From positions 1 through 46,105 of the forward strand of contig CAYNVP010000001.1 of NCBI GenBank assembly GCA_964400665.1: DNA of 46,105 bases, in the 5' to 3' direction. The DNA is from an uncultured Pirellulales bacterium. Lineage in GTDB: Bacteria; Planctomycetota; Phycisphaerae; Sedimentisphaerales; Anaerobacaceae. The translations under genes were made by a program, and so were the position numbers. Below are positions 1 through 8,828 of this stretch, piece after piece (position 1 is the stretch's first letter; the number at the start of each line of letters is the position of its first letter). Under the pieces are notes generated by a model. The model saw only the letters and a program-made list of their open reading frames with translations, was not told where the DNA came from and did not search any database.

Positions 1-96
1 AGTAATCAAGATTCTGTCTGGGTTTGTTTGTATCCATTTTATCTGCGGTTTCCGCGTGCTCTTCGGCAACAACAGGTAAGAGGGAAATTGTTTTTC

Positions 97-125
97 TTGA
101 CAATCGGAGGATGTGCGTTTATTTG
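97..125 (+). promoter_or_regulatory. Weak sigma70-like promoter candidate upstream of topA
   Basis: TTGACA at 97-102, a 17-nt spacer, then TATTTG at 120-125. The -10 is a poor match. It lies about 60 nt before the ATG at 185. Confidence 0.2.
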
Positions 126-184
126 TCTTTTCCTTCATACATTTTGCCGAAAAGTTCGATAAGAGCATATTAGCGGAAGAATAT

Positions 185-2572
185 ATGGCGAAATCAGGTT
201 CGAATGGCAAATCGTTAGTGATAGTCGAGTCGCCTGCGAAGTCGCGGACGATAAACAAATATCTCGGTTCCGGCTTCGAGGTAAAGGCGTCGATGGGGCA
301 CATCCGCGATTTGCCTGCGAAGGAGTTCGGCGTAGAGATAGAGAAAAAATTCGAGCCGACTTATACAATTATGCCGGGTAAATCCAAGGTTGTGACGTCG
401 CTGAAGTCGGCGGCGAAGAATTGCAAGGACGTATATCTTGCGACCGACCTTGACAGGGAAGGCGAGGCGATTGCCTGGCACCTTGCGCAGATTCTGGGCG
501 TGCCTGAGGACAGGATTTATCGCGTGATATTCAACGCGATAACGCAGTCGGCGATAAAGCAGGCCTTTGCCAATCCCGGACGGATTGATATTGACAAGGT
601 GATGGCCCAGCAGGCAAGACGAATACTCGACCGCATCGTCGGCTATAAGATAAGCCCGCTTTTGTGGAAGAAGGTAGCGAGGGGATTATCGGCCGGGCGA
701 GTGCAGTCGGTTGCGGTCAAAATGGTCGTCGGGCGAGAGCGCGAAATCAGCGATTTCAAACCGGATGAATACTGGCTTATACCCGCGATTTTCACAACCG
801 ACTTAGGCAGCGATTACGGACGACAGTGGCGTGATTTTATACGCAGAGACGAAAAATCCGACAAAGGCCCGGGTGTCAATGAGCAAAACGACTGGCTGGC
901 CAGGCACAACGCCTTTAAGGCAGAGCTTTATCAGGTCGGCGGCGAGAAATTCAAGGCGTCGAATAGCGAGCAGGCCAGGCGTGTGTATGAAGCCGTCAGC
1001 GGTGTAAAATTCAGCGTCGCTAACGTCGAAAAGAAGGAGTCGTCATCCCGCGCGGGGCCGCCTTTCATTACATCAACATTGCAGCAGGCGGCGGCGAACC
1101 GGCTTGGGTTTTCAACCAAACGCACGATGTCGGTGGCACAGCAGTTGTATGAGGGCGTTGACCTTGGGGCCGAGATGGGCTCGCTGGGTCTTATTACCTA
1201 TATGCGAACGGACAGCACGCATATATCGCCTGAGGCGATTAATGAGGCGAGGGGATTTATCCAGAAGCACTTCGGCAGCGAATATGTGCCCGCAAAGTGG
1301 AACGTTTACGCTGCGAAGAAAAGCGCGCAGGCCGCGCACGAGGCGATTCACCCGACGGACGTCGATATGATGCCGGAGGATGTCCGCTCGCTTGTCAGCG
1401 AGGAGCAGTACAAGCTTTACGATTTGATATGGCGGCGTTTCGTCGCCTGCCAGATGTCGCCTGCGAAATGGGACGTGACGAATCTGGATATCGTCGCCGA
1501 CACTTCTATCGGCCGATGCCTGTACAAGGCGGGTGGACGGGCGCTGGTCTTCGACGGCTTTACCAGAGTCTGGACGGTATCGTCTGCCGAGCAGCGGCTG
1601 CCGACGAGCAAAATCGGACAGGAGCTTGCCGCGGTGGATATTAAGGCCGAGCAGCACTTCACCAAGCCGCCCGCAAGATTCACCGAGGCGTCATTGGTCA
1701 AGGCGCTGGAGAAGGAAGGTATAGGCAGGCCAAGCACATACGCGAGCATAATAAGCACTATTCAGGACAGGGGCTACGTCGAGCAAAAAGAGAAGAAACT
1801 TCACGCCACGGACCTCGGAGAAGTCGTTACCGACAAGCTCGAAGAATACTTCCCCAAAATAATGGACCTGGCCTTTACGCGGTATATGGAAGAGCAATTA
1901 GACAAAATCGAGGAGCAGCATTTGGACTGGGTTCGCGTCCTGAATGAGTTTTACGGGCCGTTTAAGGAGCGTCTCGAAACCGCGACTGCGGAGATGAAAC
2001 ACGCAAAGGCGGAGACGACGCCCAGCGAATACGAATGCCCGGTTTGCGGGGGAAAACTGGTTTATCGTTTCGGAAAAAAGGGCAGATTTCTTAGCTGCTC
2101 CGGTTATCCGAAGTGCAAGTTCACCTGGCCCTGCGACAAGGAGGGGAAAATGGTTGAGCAGAAAGTAAGCGAGCATAAATGCCCGAACTGCGGCAAGCCG
2201 CTTGTGCACAGGACGGGGCGATTCGGCGCTTTTCTGGGCTGCAGCGACTATCCGAACTGCAAAACAATAGTCCGGCTGGATAAGCAGGGCAATATCGCGC
2301 CGCCGAAACCTCCGCCTGAACCGACGGGGCTGAAATGTTATAAGTGCCGGGATGGCGAGCTTGTCATCAGGCAAAGCAAAAAAGGCCCCTTTATGGGCTG
2401 CAACAGATACCCGCGGTGCAAAACCATAGTTAGCATCAAGCAAAAGGACGAATTACTGAAGCTGCAATCGGAGGGGCAGTGGCCGCCAAAAACAGCCGAA
2501 CAGGCCGATGAAATCCTCGGCAAAAAGTCGGCTCCGCCGCGGAGGGCGCGGAAGTCGCCGAAAAAAACTTAG
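185..2572 (+). CDS. topA: DNA topoisomerase I (type IA) with three C-terminal Cys4 zinc-ribbon repeats and a Lys/Arg-rich tail
   Basis: TOPRIM N-terminus LVIVESPAKSRTINKYLG and active-site Tyr region GLITYMRTDS. Three CxxC...CxxxxC repeats are present (CPVCGG..CSGYPKC, CPNCGK..CSDYPNC, CYKCRD..CNRYPRC). The ORF opens at 113, but the ATG at 185 (MAKSG..) with GGAAG upstream is the likelier start. Confidence 0.95.
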   Translation: MAKSGSNGKSLVIVESPAKSRTINKYLGSGFEVKASMGHIRDLPAKEFGVEIEKKFEPTYTIMPGKSKVVTSLKSAAKNCKDVYLATDLDREGEAIAWHLAQILGVPEDRIYRVIFNAITQSAIKQAFANPGRIDIDKVMAQQARRILDRIVGYKISPLLWKKVARGLSAGRVQSVAVKMVVGREREISDFKPDEYWLIPAIFTTDLGSDYGRQWRDFIRRDEKSDKGPGVNEQNDWLARHNAFKAELYQVGGEKFKASNSEQARRVYEAVSGVKFSVANVEKKESSSRAGPPFITSTLQQAAANRLGFSTKRTMSVAQQLYEGVDLGAEMGSLGLITYMRTDSTHISPEAINEARGFIQKHFGSEYVPAKWNVYAAKKSAQAAHEAIHPTDVDMMPEDVRSLVSEEQYKLYDLIWRRFVACQMSPAKWDVTNLDIVADTSIGRCLYKAGGRALVFDGFTRVWTVSSAEQRLPTSKIGQELAAVDIKAEQHFTKPPARFTEASLVKALEKEGIGRPSTYASIISTIQDRGYVEQKEKKLHATDLGEVVTDKLEEYFPKIMDLAFTRYMEEQLDKIEEQHLDWVRVLNEFYGPFKERLETATAEMKHAKAETTPSEYECPVCGGKLVYRFGKKGRFLSCSGYPKCKFTWPCDKEGKMVEQKVSEHKCPNCGKPLVHRTGRFGAFLGCSDYPNCKTIVRLDKQGNIAPPKPPPEPTGLKCYKCRDGELVIRQSKKGPFMGCNRYPRCKTIVSIKQKDELLKLQSEGQWPPKTAEQADEILGKKSAPPRRARKSPKKT

Positions 2573-2650
2573 CTCGTCTCTACCCGGCCCTGCGCCTGAC
2601 TCGATTCACCGGAGTGGGACATTTCGCATCCCGTATTACATCGGAGCAGG

Positions 2651-2679
2651 TTGACTTTGGCCCACGGGAGTGGTTTAAT
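2651..2679 (+). promoter_or_regulatory. Sigma70-like promoter candidate for the 2730 glycosyltransferase gene
   Basis: TTGACT (2651-2656), a 17-nt spacer, then TTTAAT (2674-2679), about 50 nt upstream of the ATG. Confidence 0.3.
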
Positions 2680-2729
2680 GACAATACGCCGTGACCTGAC
2701 TCGCAAGCGGCGAGAAAGGGGGAAGTTGT

Positions 2730-4118
2730 ATGCCATACAATGTTCGGATAGTGAGCACGTATGTGCCGAGGCGTTGTGGTATAGCGACTTTTTCGCGGAA
2801 TCTGGCCAATGCGCTGTCGCATTTTACCGGAGAGGTCGGGCACATACGGGTTGCGGCGATAGACAACGGCAACGGGCCTTACGATATCCCGGTGGACATA
2901 GTCATTGACCAGTATAATCCACAATCGTGGAGAGATGCGACGGAAGATATAATAATTAGGGCGAAGGAAAGCTCGAATCCCACGATTGTATTGCTGCAGC
3001 ACGAATACGGCCTCGATTCGAGCGGGCATGAGCGGGATGTCCGCGGGAGAAATTACGTGGAAATGGCCGGGGCGCTTACCGCTGAAAAACTGACTACGGT
3101 GGCGTATCTGCACACGGTTTTAGACAACCCCGATGAACATCAAAGAACTGTCGTTCAGGACCTTGCAAAAATTTGTGACGGCATAATAGTAACTACCGAG
3201 AGCGCAATCGACATACTCGAATCGGATATCTACGGTATTGGGCACCACAAACTAAAGCACATTGACCACGGCATACGGATGCACCACCCGTCGCATTACG
3301 ACCGGCTGGCGGTAAAAAGGGAGTTCGGCCTTGAAAATCGATTTCTAATCACCTCGCTCGGATTGCTTGGCCCGGACAAAGGACTCGAATACGGAATACG
3401 CGGCTTCGGGCGGTTCCTCGAGGAGTCGTGCACATCTGAGCAGCGCAAGCGGATAGTGTACCTCATAGCGGGCGAATGTCACCCGGTTTTTGTGCATGCC
3501 GAAGGCGGCGCACTCTACAGGCGTTTTCAGGATTCTCTTGTCCAAGCGATGCAACAGGCGAAAGTCAAATGGTGCAGGGTCAAGCAGCTGCAGGGGATAA
3601 ATTTCGACGATTACGACGTGGTGTTTTTCGACACATACCTCGACGAGGGATTGCTGCTGAAACTGTACGGAGCGACCAACGTGATGCTGCTGCCTTATCT
3701 GAATATGCAGCAGATATCCAGCGGGGTGCTTGCCGACACGCTTGGCTCAGGAAGAGTGGCGGTTGCGACAAAGTTCAGATACGCCAGAGAGTTGATTTAC
3801 TCGAACAAGCGATGCCCCAGCGGGCTTGTGATGGGGCGGTACGTGCGGGGTATTCTTATGGACGCAGGCGAGCAGGCAGTCGAGCAGATAGCGACTGCGC
3901 TGGATTATCTGGTTTTCAACAAGCAAAGACGGCTGTATATGGAAAAGCAGGCACATCAGCGGGGTTATCAGATGAGCTGGAATAATACGGCCTGGGCGCT
4001 GCTGCAGTATATCGATTTTCTGCGTGAAGAGCACGAGATAGTGACCGGCAGGGGGATAACGTTTGTCCGCGAAAGGCCGTCGAAATATGATAATTCAAAG
4101 CGAGTCGTCGGCGCTTGA
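2730..4118 (+). CDS. Glycosyltransferase, GT-B fold (group 1 / GT4-like)
   Basis: 462 aa. The N-terminus VSTYVPRRCGIATFSRNLANAL is typical of GT4-type enzymes. A strong RBS (AGGGGGA) precedes the ATG. The acceptor and donor are unknown. Confidence 0.55.
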   Translation: MPYNVRIVSTYVPRRCGIATFSRNLANALSHFTGEVGHIRVAAIDNGNGPYDIPVDIVIDQYNPQSWRDATEDIIIRAKESSNPTIVLLQHEYGLDSSGHERDVRGRNYVEMAGALTAEKLTTVAYLHTVLDNPDEHQRTVVQDLAKICDGIIVTTESAIDILESDIYGIGHHKLKHIDHGIRMHHPSHYDRLAVKREFGLENRFLITSLGLLGPDKGLEYGIRGFGRFLEESCTSEQRKRIVYLIAGECHPVFVHAEGGALYRRFQDSLVQAMQQAKVKWCRVKQLQGINFDDYDVVFFDTYLDEGLLLKLYGATNVMLLPYLNMQQISSGVLADTLGSGRVAVATKFRYARELIYSNKRCPSGLVMGRYVRGILMDAGEQAVEQIATALDYLVFNKQRRLYMEKQAHQRGYQMSWNNTAWALLQYIDFLREEHEIVTGRGITFVRERPSKYDNSKRVVGA

Positions 4119-4160
4119 GTGACATAACGGATATCGGTCTAATTTGGAGAGGGGCAAGTC

Positions 4161-4454
4161 GTGAAATTCCTGATTGGATTAGTCGTCGGAGTGTGTTTTG
4201 TTCTGGCCGCCGGCGCAGCGGTCGAACGTTACATTGTGGTATTGGAAGGCGACTTCGGAAAAATCGGCGTTTATCAGACGGCCTTCTCGGGCGTATCGGC
4301 CGAGGGGAACTGCTATCTGGCGATAACGCACACGCCGACGGGCAGAACAGAGGTCTTTGGCATCACCAAGGAAACCCAGAAGAAGATGTCGGACAATCCC
4401 TTCCAGATGTCCAGTGAGGGCAGTGTGATTATAGAGCGGCACTACCAGCAGTAG
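4161..4454 (+). CDS. Small hypothetical protein with an N-terminal signal or transmembrane segment
   Basis: GTG start preceded by GGAGAGGGG. The hydrophobic N-terminus is FLIGLVVGVCFVLAAGAAV. I recognised no family. Confidence 0.45.
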   Translation: MKFLIGLVVGVCFVLAAGAAVERYIVVLEGDFGKIGVYQTAFSGVSAEGNCYLAITHTPTGRTEVFGITKETQKKMSDNPFQMSSEGSVIIERHYQQ

Positions 4455-4548
4455 CTAAACAACGATAGTGCGTCCAGATGTCCTGAGAGGGCAACGTGAT
4501 TATTGAACCTCAGGTATCATCCGAGCGGCCATAAGATATATATAGGGC

Positions 4549-5271
4549 TTATGTGGACGTCGTATCTATAATCCTTGCACTGCCTGCCCGAAGACCAACG
4601 CCATAAAGCAGGGACATAGCAATCATTACCGCCGCGACACCGTAGATGATTGAGACGGTTCCCATAAGGGCTATGAGATAGTAGCCGGCCGCGAAGGTGC
4701 CGGCGATACTGCCCGCAGCGCCCGAGGCGTAGATGTCGCCGACGGTCCTGCCCGTAGGCAAACCCATTTCGAGCGCCATCTTTGCCACCACCGGACTGAT
4801 TGTTCCCAGAAGGGTCGACGGCAGCAGGAATACGGCTGTAACGTGCAGGAGGATTCTGGCGGGCCAGTTGAACCGCCACAGCCAGGTGAAATTGCCTATG
4901 GGGTTGTTGGCGATAATTGTAACAAGACAGGCGGCGGCGCAGACCGCGAACAGTAAGGCCAGCGTCCTGACCGGCCTGAAGCGGTCGGCAAGGAGTCCGC
5001 CAATGTAGTTGCCGATGGTGATGCCGGACAGAACTACCCCTATTACGCTTGTCCACGTATAGAGGGATGAGCCGAGAAAGCGGGCGATTATCCGGCCTGC
5101 AACAAGCTCCAGAACCATAATGCAGAAGCTCGATATAAACACTGTCGCGCAGGGAACGAAGAGGGATTTTAAAGAGGCCGGTAACGAATTTGTCTTGTTC
5201 ATAAACGGGTCTTTTGACAAACCACAAACAGTTGCTTCGCCGGTTATTTTTCCGGTCGAACAATCATACAC
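4549..5271 (-). CDS. Polytopic membrane protein resembling the N-terminal transmembrane module of spermidine-synthase-like / MFS-fused proteins, with no synthase domain attached
   Basis: Five to six hydrophobic helices. FISSFCIMVLELVAGRIIARFLGSSLYTWTSVIGVVLSGITIGNYIGGLLADRF matches the pattern seen at the start of membrane-bound spermidine-synthase-like proteins. An alternative start is the ATG at 5202 (MNKTNS..). Confidence 0.45.
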   Translation of the reverse strand: MYDCSTGKITGEATVCGLSKDPFMNKTNSLPASLKSLFVPCATVFISSFCIMVLELVAGRIIARFLGSSLYTWTSVIGVVLSGITIGNYIGGLLADRFRPVRTLALLFAVCAAACLVTIIANNPIGNFTWLWRFNWPARILLHVTAVFLLPSTLLGTISPVVAKMALEMGLPTGRTVGDIYASGAAGSIAGTFAAGYYLIALMGTVSIIYGVAAVMIAMSLLYGVGLRAGSARIIDTTST

Positions 5272-5360
5272 TATACGGCTGTTTGGGAAACCCTAAAAAT
5301 TGAAGGCCGGTTTTGGGCGGCCCGCCGCCTCGACTCGCTCGCCTCTCGTCGAAGCCGAGG

Positions 5361-5418
5361 GCCCGCCTCGTCCGCCGAAGGCGAGACCTCGCCAAAGGGC
5401 GGGTCGGGCGAGGCGGGC
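5361..5418. repeat. GC-rich palindromic intergenic element (REP-like), copy 1
   Basis: GCCCGCCTCG (5361-5370) pairs with CGAGGCGGGC (5409-5418). Internal modules GCCCGCCTCGTCCGCC (5361-5376) and GGCGAGACCTCGCC (5380-5393) recur in inverted orientation at 46026-46052. Confidence 0.6.
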
Positions 5419-5419
5419 A

Positions 5420-5448
5420 TTGCAATAGGGCGCCTGATTTGTTATAAA
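5420..5448 (+). promoter_or_regulatory. Sigma70-like promoter candidate for prfB
   Basis: TTGCAA (5420-5425), a 17-nt spacer, then TATAAA (5443-5448), 27 nt before the ATG at 5476. Confidence 0.35.
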
Positions 5449-5475
5449 GCGCTTTTATCGCGGGATTTGTGATTT

Positions 5476-6600
5476 ATGGAAGTTGCACAGTTAAAGAGCG
5501 GCATAACAGATTTGAAGGCCCGGGTGGAAAGCATCCGGGATTATCTCGACCTGCCGGGTAAATGCGCAGAGCTTTTGCAGCTTCAGGAGAGGATGGGCTC
5601 GGCCGGCTTTTGGGACAACCAGGATACCGCGCAAGCGGTGGTTGCCCGGTTAAGCGCGTTAAAAGCGGTGGTCGAGCCGGCGGAAGAGCTTAATCGTGAG
5701 GTGCAGGATTTGGCGGAACTTTTTGAGATGGCGGTTGAGTCCGACCCCAATGAGCTTGCTCAACTGGAAACTGACCTGGCATCGTTAGTCAAACGCTGCG
5801 AGAAGATAGAGTTGGCGGGCCTGCTTAGCGGGCCTAACGATATGAAAAGCTGCTTTTTCAGTATCCACGCCGGGGCAGGCGGGACCGAAAGCTGCGACTG
5901 GGTGAATATGCTTCTACGGATGTATAGTCGTTACTTTGACAGGAATAAATATCAGTACAGCGAGCTTGATATCACGCCGGGTGAGGAGGCGGGGATTCGG
6001 TCAGTAACACTTCGTGTAAGCGGGCCTTTTGCATATGGGAAACTCTCGTGCGAAGTGGGCGTGCATCGGCTCGTTCGGATAAGCCCGTTTGACGCAAATA
6101 AACGGCGACATACCAGCTTTGCGGCGGTGGATTGTATCCCTGAGTTCGACGACGATATCGATATAGAGATAAAAGAAGACGACCTCAAGATTGATTTTTA
6201 CCGGGCAGGCGGCGCAGGCGGCCAGCACGTCAACAAGACAAGCTCGGCGGTCAGGATTTTACACAGACCAACTGGTATCGTCGTGCAGTGCCAGAACGAC
6301 CGCAGCCAGCACAAAAACCGGGCATCTGCGATGAAGGTTCTCAAGGCGCGTCTCTATATGCTCGAACAGCAAAAACGCGACGCGGAGCTTGCCAGGCAGT
6401 ACGGCGCAAAAGGCGAGATTGCCTGGGGAAACCAGATTCGCAGCTACGTTTTGCAGCCGTATCAGATGGTAAAAGACCATCGAACCAATTTTCAGACCGG
6501 AAATGTCGAAGCTGTGCTTGATGGCCAGATTGATGCTTTTTTAGAAGCTTATTTGCGACATCGTGCGAAGGGTAAACCCGGCGAGAAAGGGCAAAATTAA
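5476..6600 (+). CDS. prfB: Peptide chain release factor 2, encoded as a single uninterrupted ORF
   Basis: SPF tripeptide (VRISPFDANKRRHTSF) and GGQ motif (GGAGGQHVNKTSSAVR). It is collinear with E. coli RF2 from the N-terminus. Confidence 0.95.
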   Translation: MEVAQLKSGITDLKARVESIRDYLDLPGKCAELLQLQERMGSAGFWDNQDTAQAVVARLSALKAVVEPAEELNREVQDLAELFEMAVESDPNELAQLETDLASLVKRCEKIELAGLLSGPNDMKSCFFSIHAGAGGTESCDWVNMLLRMYSRYFDRNKYQYSELDITPGEEAGIRSVTLRVSGPFAYGKLSCEVGVHRLVRISPFDANKRRHTSFAAVDCIPEFDDDIDIEIKEDDLKIDFYRAGGAGGQHVNKTSSAVRILHRPTGIVVQCQNDRSQHKNRASAMKVLKARLYMLEQQKRDAELARQYGAKGEIAWGNQIRSYVLQPYQMVKDHRTNFQTGNVEAVLDGQIDAFLEAYLRHRAKGKPGEKGQN

Positions 6601-6612
6601 AAGGCCAGAATT

Positions 6613-8184
6613 ATGAAGCGGATAATCGAGGTTAAATTAAGAACCTGCGTAGTCGATTTCGCCGAGTGCAAAACGCAGATGCTTGTCGTGGGGTATTTTT
6701 CAGACGCCAAGAAGCTGGATGCGGTGAACGGCAAGTTAAACGGCCGGCTCGACGGGGCGATTGAGCGCGTTATAAAGCTTGGAGACTTCCGGGGCAAAGA
6801 GGGAACCAGCGCAATCATTTACAGCGACCCCTCAAAGCTGCTTGGGGCAGGCGGCCGGATAGGCCCCGAACGTTTGCTTCTTGTCGGTTTAGGTGAGCAG
6901 AAGAAAGCCACTATCAACACCGTCAGGAAGGCCGCGGCATTGGCGGCCAATAAGGCCGTAGGAATGAAAGTCAAGTCGATGGCTATCGCGATTCACAGGG
7001 CGTTCGGCGCGAGATTTGATTTGGGACTTGCGGCACAGGCGCTCGCCGAAGGACTGTATTGCGGAAGCTACCGCTATGATGAGTACGTTACCTCGAGCGA
7101 GGACGGAAGAACAGATTCACTAACGGTTGAAGTAATTGACGACAACGCGGCGAAGGTGAAGCGGCTTGAGAGCGGATTGTCAAAGGGGGCCGTTATCGGA
7201 AAGGCCCAGAGTTACGCTCGGACAGTCGCGAACAGACCGGGCAATGTGATAAACCCTCCGGCACTTGCGGAGGAGGCGAAAAAGCTTGCCGGGAGCACGA
7301 CCGGGCTGAGATGCTCGGTTCTCGATGAAAAGCAGATGGCGAAGATGGGTATGGGGGGAATTCTGGCCGTGGGCAGCGGCTCGAGGACGCCGCCGCGGTT
7401 TATTGTTGTTCGATATTCTCCGAGAAACAAGGGGGCTCGCAAGCTGCCGACGGTAGCGCTCGTCGGCAAGGCCGTAACCTTTGATTCAGGCGGGATAAGT
7501 ATCAAGCCGGCGCAACATATGGAGCAAATGAAGCTCGATAAGACAGGAGGCATCGTGGTGCTGGCGACAATCAAGGCGGCGGCGGAGATGAATCTGCCTG
7601 TAAATCTCTACGCCATAGTGCCATCGGCGGAAAATATGCCCAGCGGCACGAGTTACAGACCCGGCGATATAGTTACAACCTACAGCGCAAAGACAGTTGA
7701 GATTGAAAATACCGACGCTGAAGGAAGAATGATACTCTGCGACGCGATACACTACGCAGTCAAACAAAGCTGCGACATCATTATTGACATAGCGACGCTG
7801 ACGGGCGCCTGTATTGTTGCGCTGGGAAAACATAAGGCGGGGCTGATGAGCAACGACGACACACTCGCAAAGCAGTTGCAGCAAGCGGCCCGGACCAGCG
7901 GAGAAAGCGTTTGGGCGCTGCCGTGCGGAGATGAATACGCCGAGGATATGAAAAGCAGGATAGCGGACCTGAAGAACAGCGGCGGCAGGTGGGGCGGGGC
8001 TTGCACGGCGGCGGCGTTCTTGAGGCAGTTCACGGGAGATAAAAAGTGGGCACACCTGGACATCGCCGGCGTGGACCACCTTGAGAAGGCAACGGAATGG
8101 TCGGCAGCCGGTGCAAGCGCCTTTGGCGTGCGCCTGCTGACGACGTATCTAATAAATCTTGTGAATAAGAAAAGCAGGAAATAA
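6613..8184 (+). CDS. pepA: Leucyl aminopeptidase (M17 family)
   Basis: [16 protein letters not shown] and [13 protein letters not shown] signature motifs. Length is 523 aa. Confidence 0.9.
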   Translation: MKRIIEVKLRTCVVDFAECKTQMLVVGYFSDAKKLDAVNGKLNGRLDGAIERVIKLGDFRGKEGTSAIIYSDPSKLLGAGGRIGPERLLLVGLGEQKKATINTVRKAAALAANKAVGMKVKSMAIAIHRAFGARFDLGLAAQALAEGLYCGSYRYDEYVTSSEDGRTDSLTVEVIDDNAAKVKRLESGLSKGAVIGKAQSYARTVANRPGNVINPPALAEEAKKLAGSTTGLRCSVLDEKQMAKMGMGGILAVGSGSRTPPRFIVVRYSPRNKGARKLPTVALVGKAVTFDSGGISIKPAQHMEQMKLDKTGGIVVLATIKAAAEMNLPVNLYAIVPSAENMPSGTSYRPGDIVTTYSAKTVEIENTDAEGRMILCDAIHYAVKQSCDIIIDIATLTGACIVALGKHKAGLMSNDDTLAKQLQQAARTSGESVWALPCGDEYAEDMKSRIADLKNSGGRWGGACTAAAFLRQFTGDKKWAHLDIAGVDHLEKATEWSAAGASAFGVRLLTTYLINLVNKKSRK

Positions 8185-8200
8185 CTTTTATCGAGTTTGT

Positions 8201-8785
8201 ATGGCCTCAAAGAGAAAGAAAATAGATGAAGCAAGGATTAAAAAGGCCGTGAGGGAAATCCTTTTGGCTGTCGGCGAAGACCTTAACCGTGACGGCCTTA
8301 AAAAGACGCCCGATCGCGTGGCAAGAATGTACGGCGAGCTTCTGGCGGGTATGCGCGAAGACCCCAGTACGCACCTTGCCGGCGTTTTCAACGAGAACTA
8401 CGACGAAATTGTGCTGCTGCGTGACATACCTTTTTACAGCATCTGTGAGCATCATTTGATGCCTTTTATCGGCTCGGCCCACGTGGCGTACTTGCCCGAC
8501 GGTCGGATACTCGGCGTCAGCAAACTGGCGAGAATTGTGGACTGCTTCGCCCGCCGACTGCAGACACAGGAGCGGTTGACCTACCAAATAGCCGACTTTC
8601 TTATGAATAACCTCAAACCTCTCGGCGTCGCGGTTGTGCTGGAGGCCGCACACAGTTGTATGACGATACGGGGGATAAAAAAACCCGGCTCGACGATGGT
8701 CACAAGCGCCGTTCGAGGGATATTCAGAAAAGACCCCCGAAGCAGAAACGAGATAATGAGCTTGATGCGCAATGGCGGCAAGTAA
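8201..8785 (+). CDS. folE: GTP cyclohydrolase I (type 1)
   Basis: CEHHLMPF and HSCMTIRG motifs. Length is 194 aa. Confidence 0.9.
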   Translation: MASKRKKIDEARIKKAVREILLAVGEDLNRDGLKKTPDRVARMYGELLAGMREDPSTHLAGVFNENYDEIVLLRDIPFYSICEHHLMPFIGSAHVAYLPDGRILGVSKLARIVDCFARRLQTQERLTYQIADFLMNNLKPLGVAVVLEAAHSCMTIRGIKKPGSTMVTSAVRGIFRKDPRSRNEIMSLMRNGGK

Positions 8786-8828
8786 CAGGCGACAGAGACT
8801 CTCAAACGCAAGGGGCAACGCGTGAATT

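Noticed and set aside
1112-1657. Long antisense ORFs opposite well-supported genes: 1112-1657(-), 1898-2443(-), 7486-8079(-), 8207-8818(-), 13016-13759(-), 32009-32731(-), 35062-35871(-), 36305-36913(-), 37793-38404(-), 38161-38775(-), 38904-39476(-) and 42925-43404(-).
   Set aside because: Each lies entirely within a gene whose sense-strand product has clear family motifs. Their translations are Arg/Pro/Ser/Ala-rich low-complexity strings, typical of shadow frames in moderately GC-rich DNA. None has an RBS or a recognisable domain.
2595-2703. Exact 9-mer CCTGACTCG at 2595-2603 and 2695-2703, spaced exactly 100 nt apart and bracketing the promoter candidate.
   Set aside because: It is a single short repeat pair with no palindromic character or further copies in the window. 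It is compatible with chance.
4115-4417. 100-aa ORF overlapping the 4161-4454 ORF in another frame.
   Set aside because: Its product is Arg/Gly-rich and low-complexity. The 4161 frame has a strong RBS and a plausible signal or TM segment, so it is preferred.
4455-4548. Possible bidirectional terminator between the convergent 4161-4454 and 4549-5271 genes (CCTGAG ... CTCAGG).
   Set aside because: It has only a 6-bp stem with a 21-nt loop and no flanking T/A tracts, which is too weak to call.
5476-5560. Searched the start of prfB for the CTT TGA C frameshift cassette and an upstream short ORF.
   Set aside because: It is not present. The frame is open from the ATG and the N-terminus aligns with full-length RF2.
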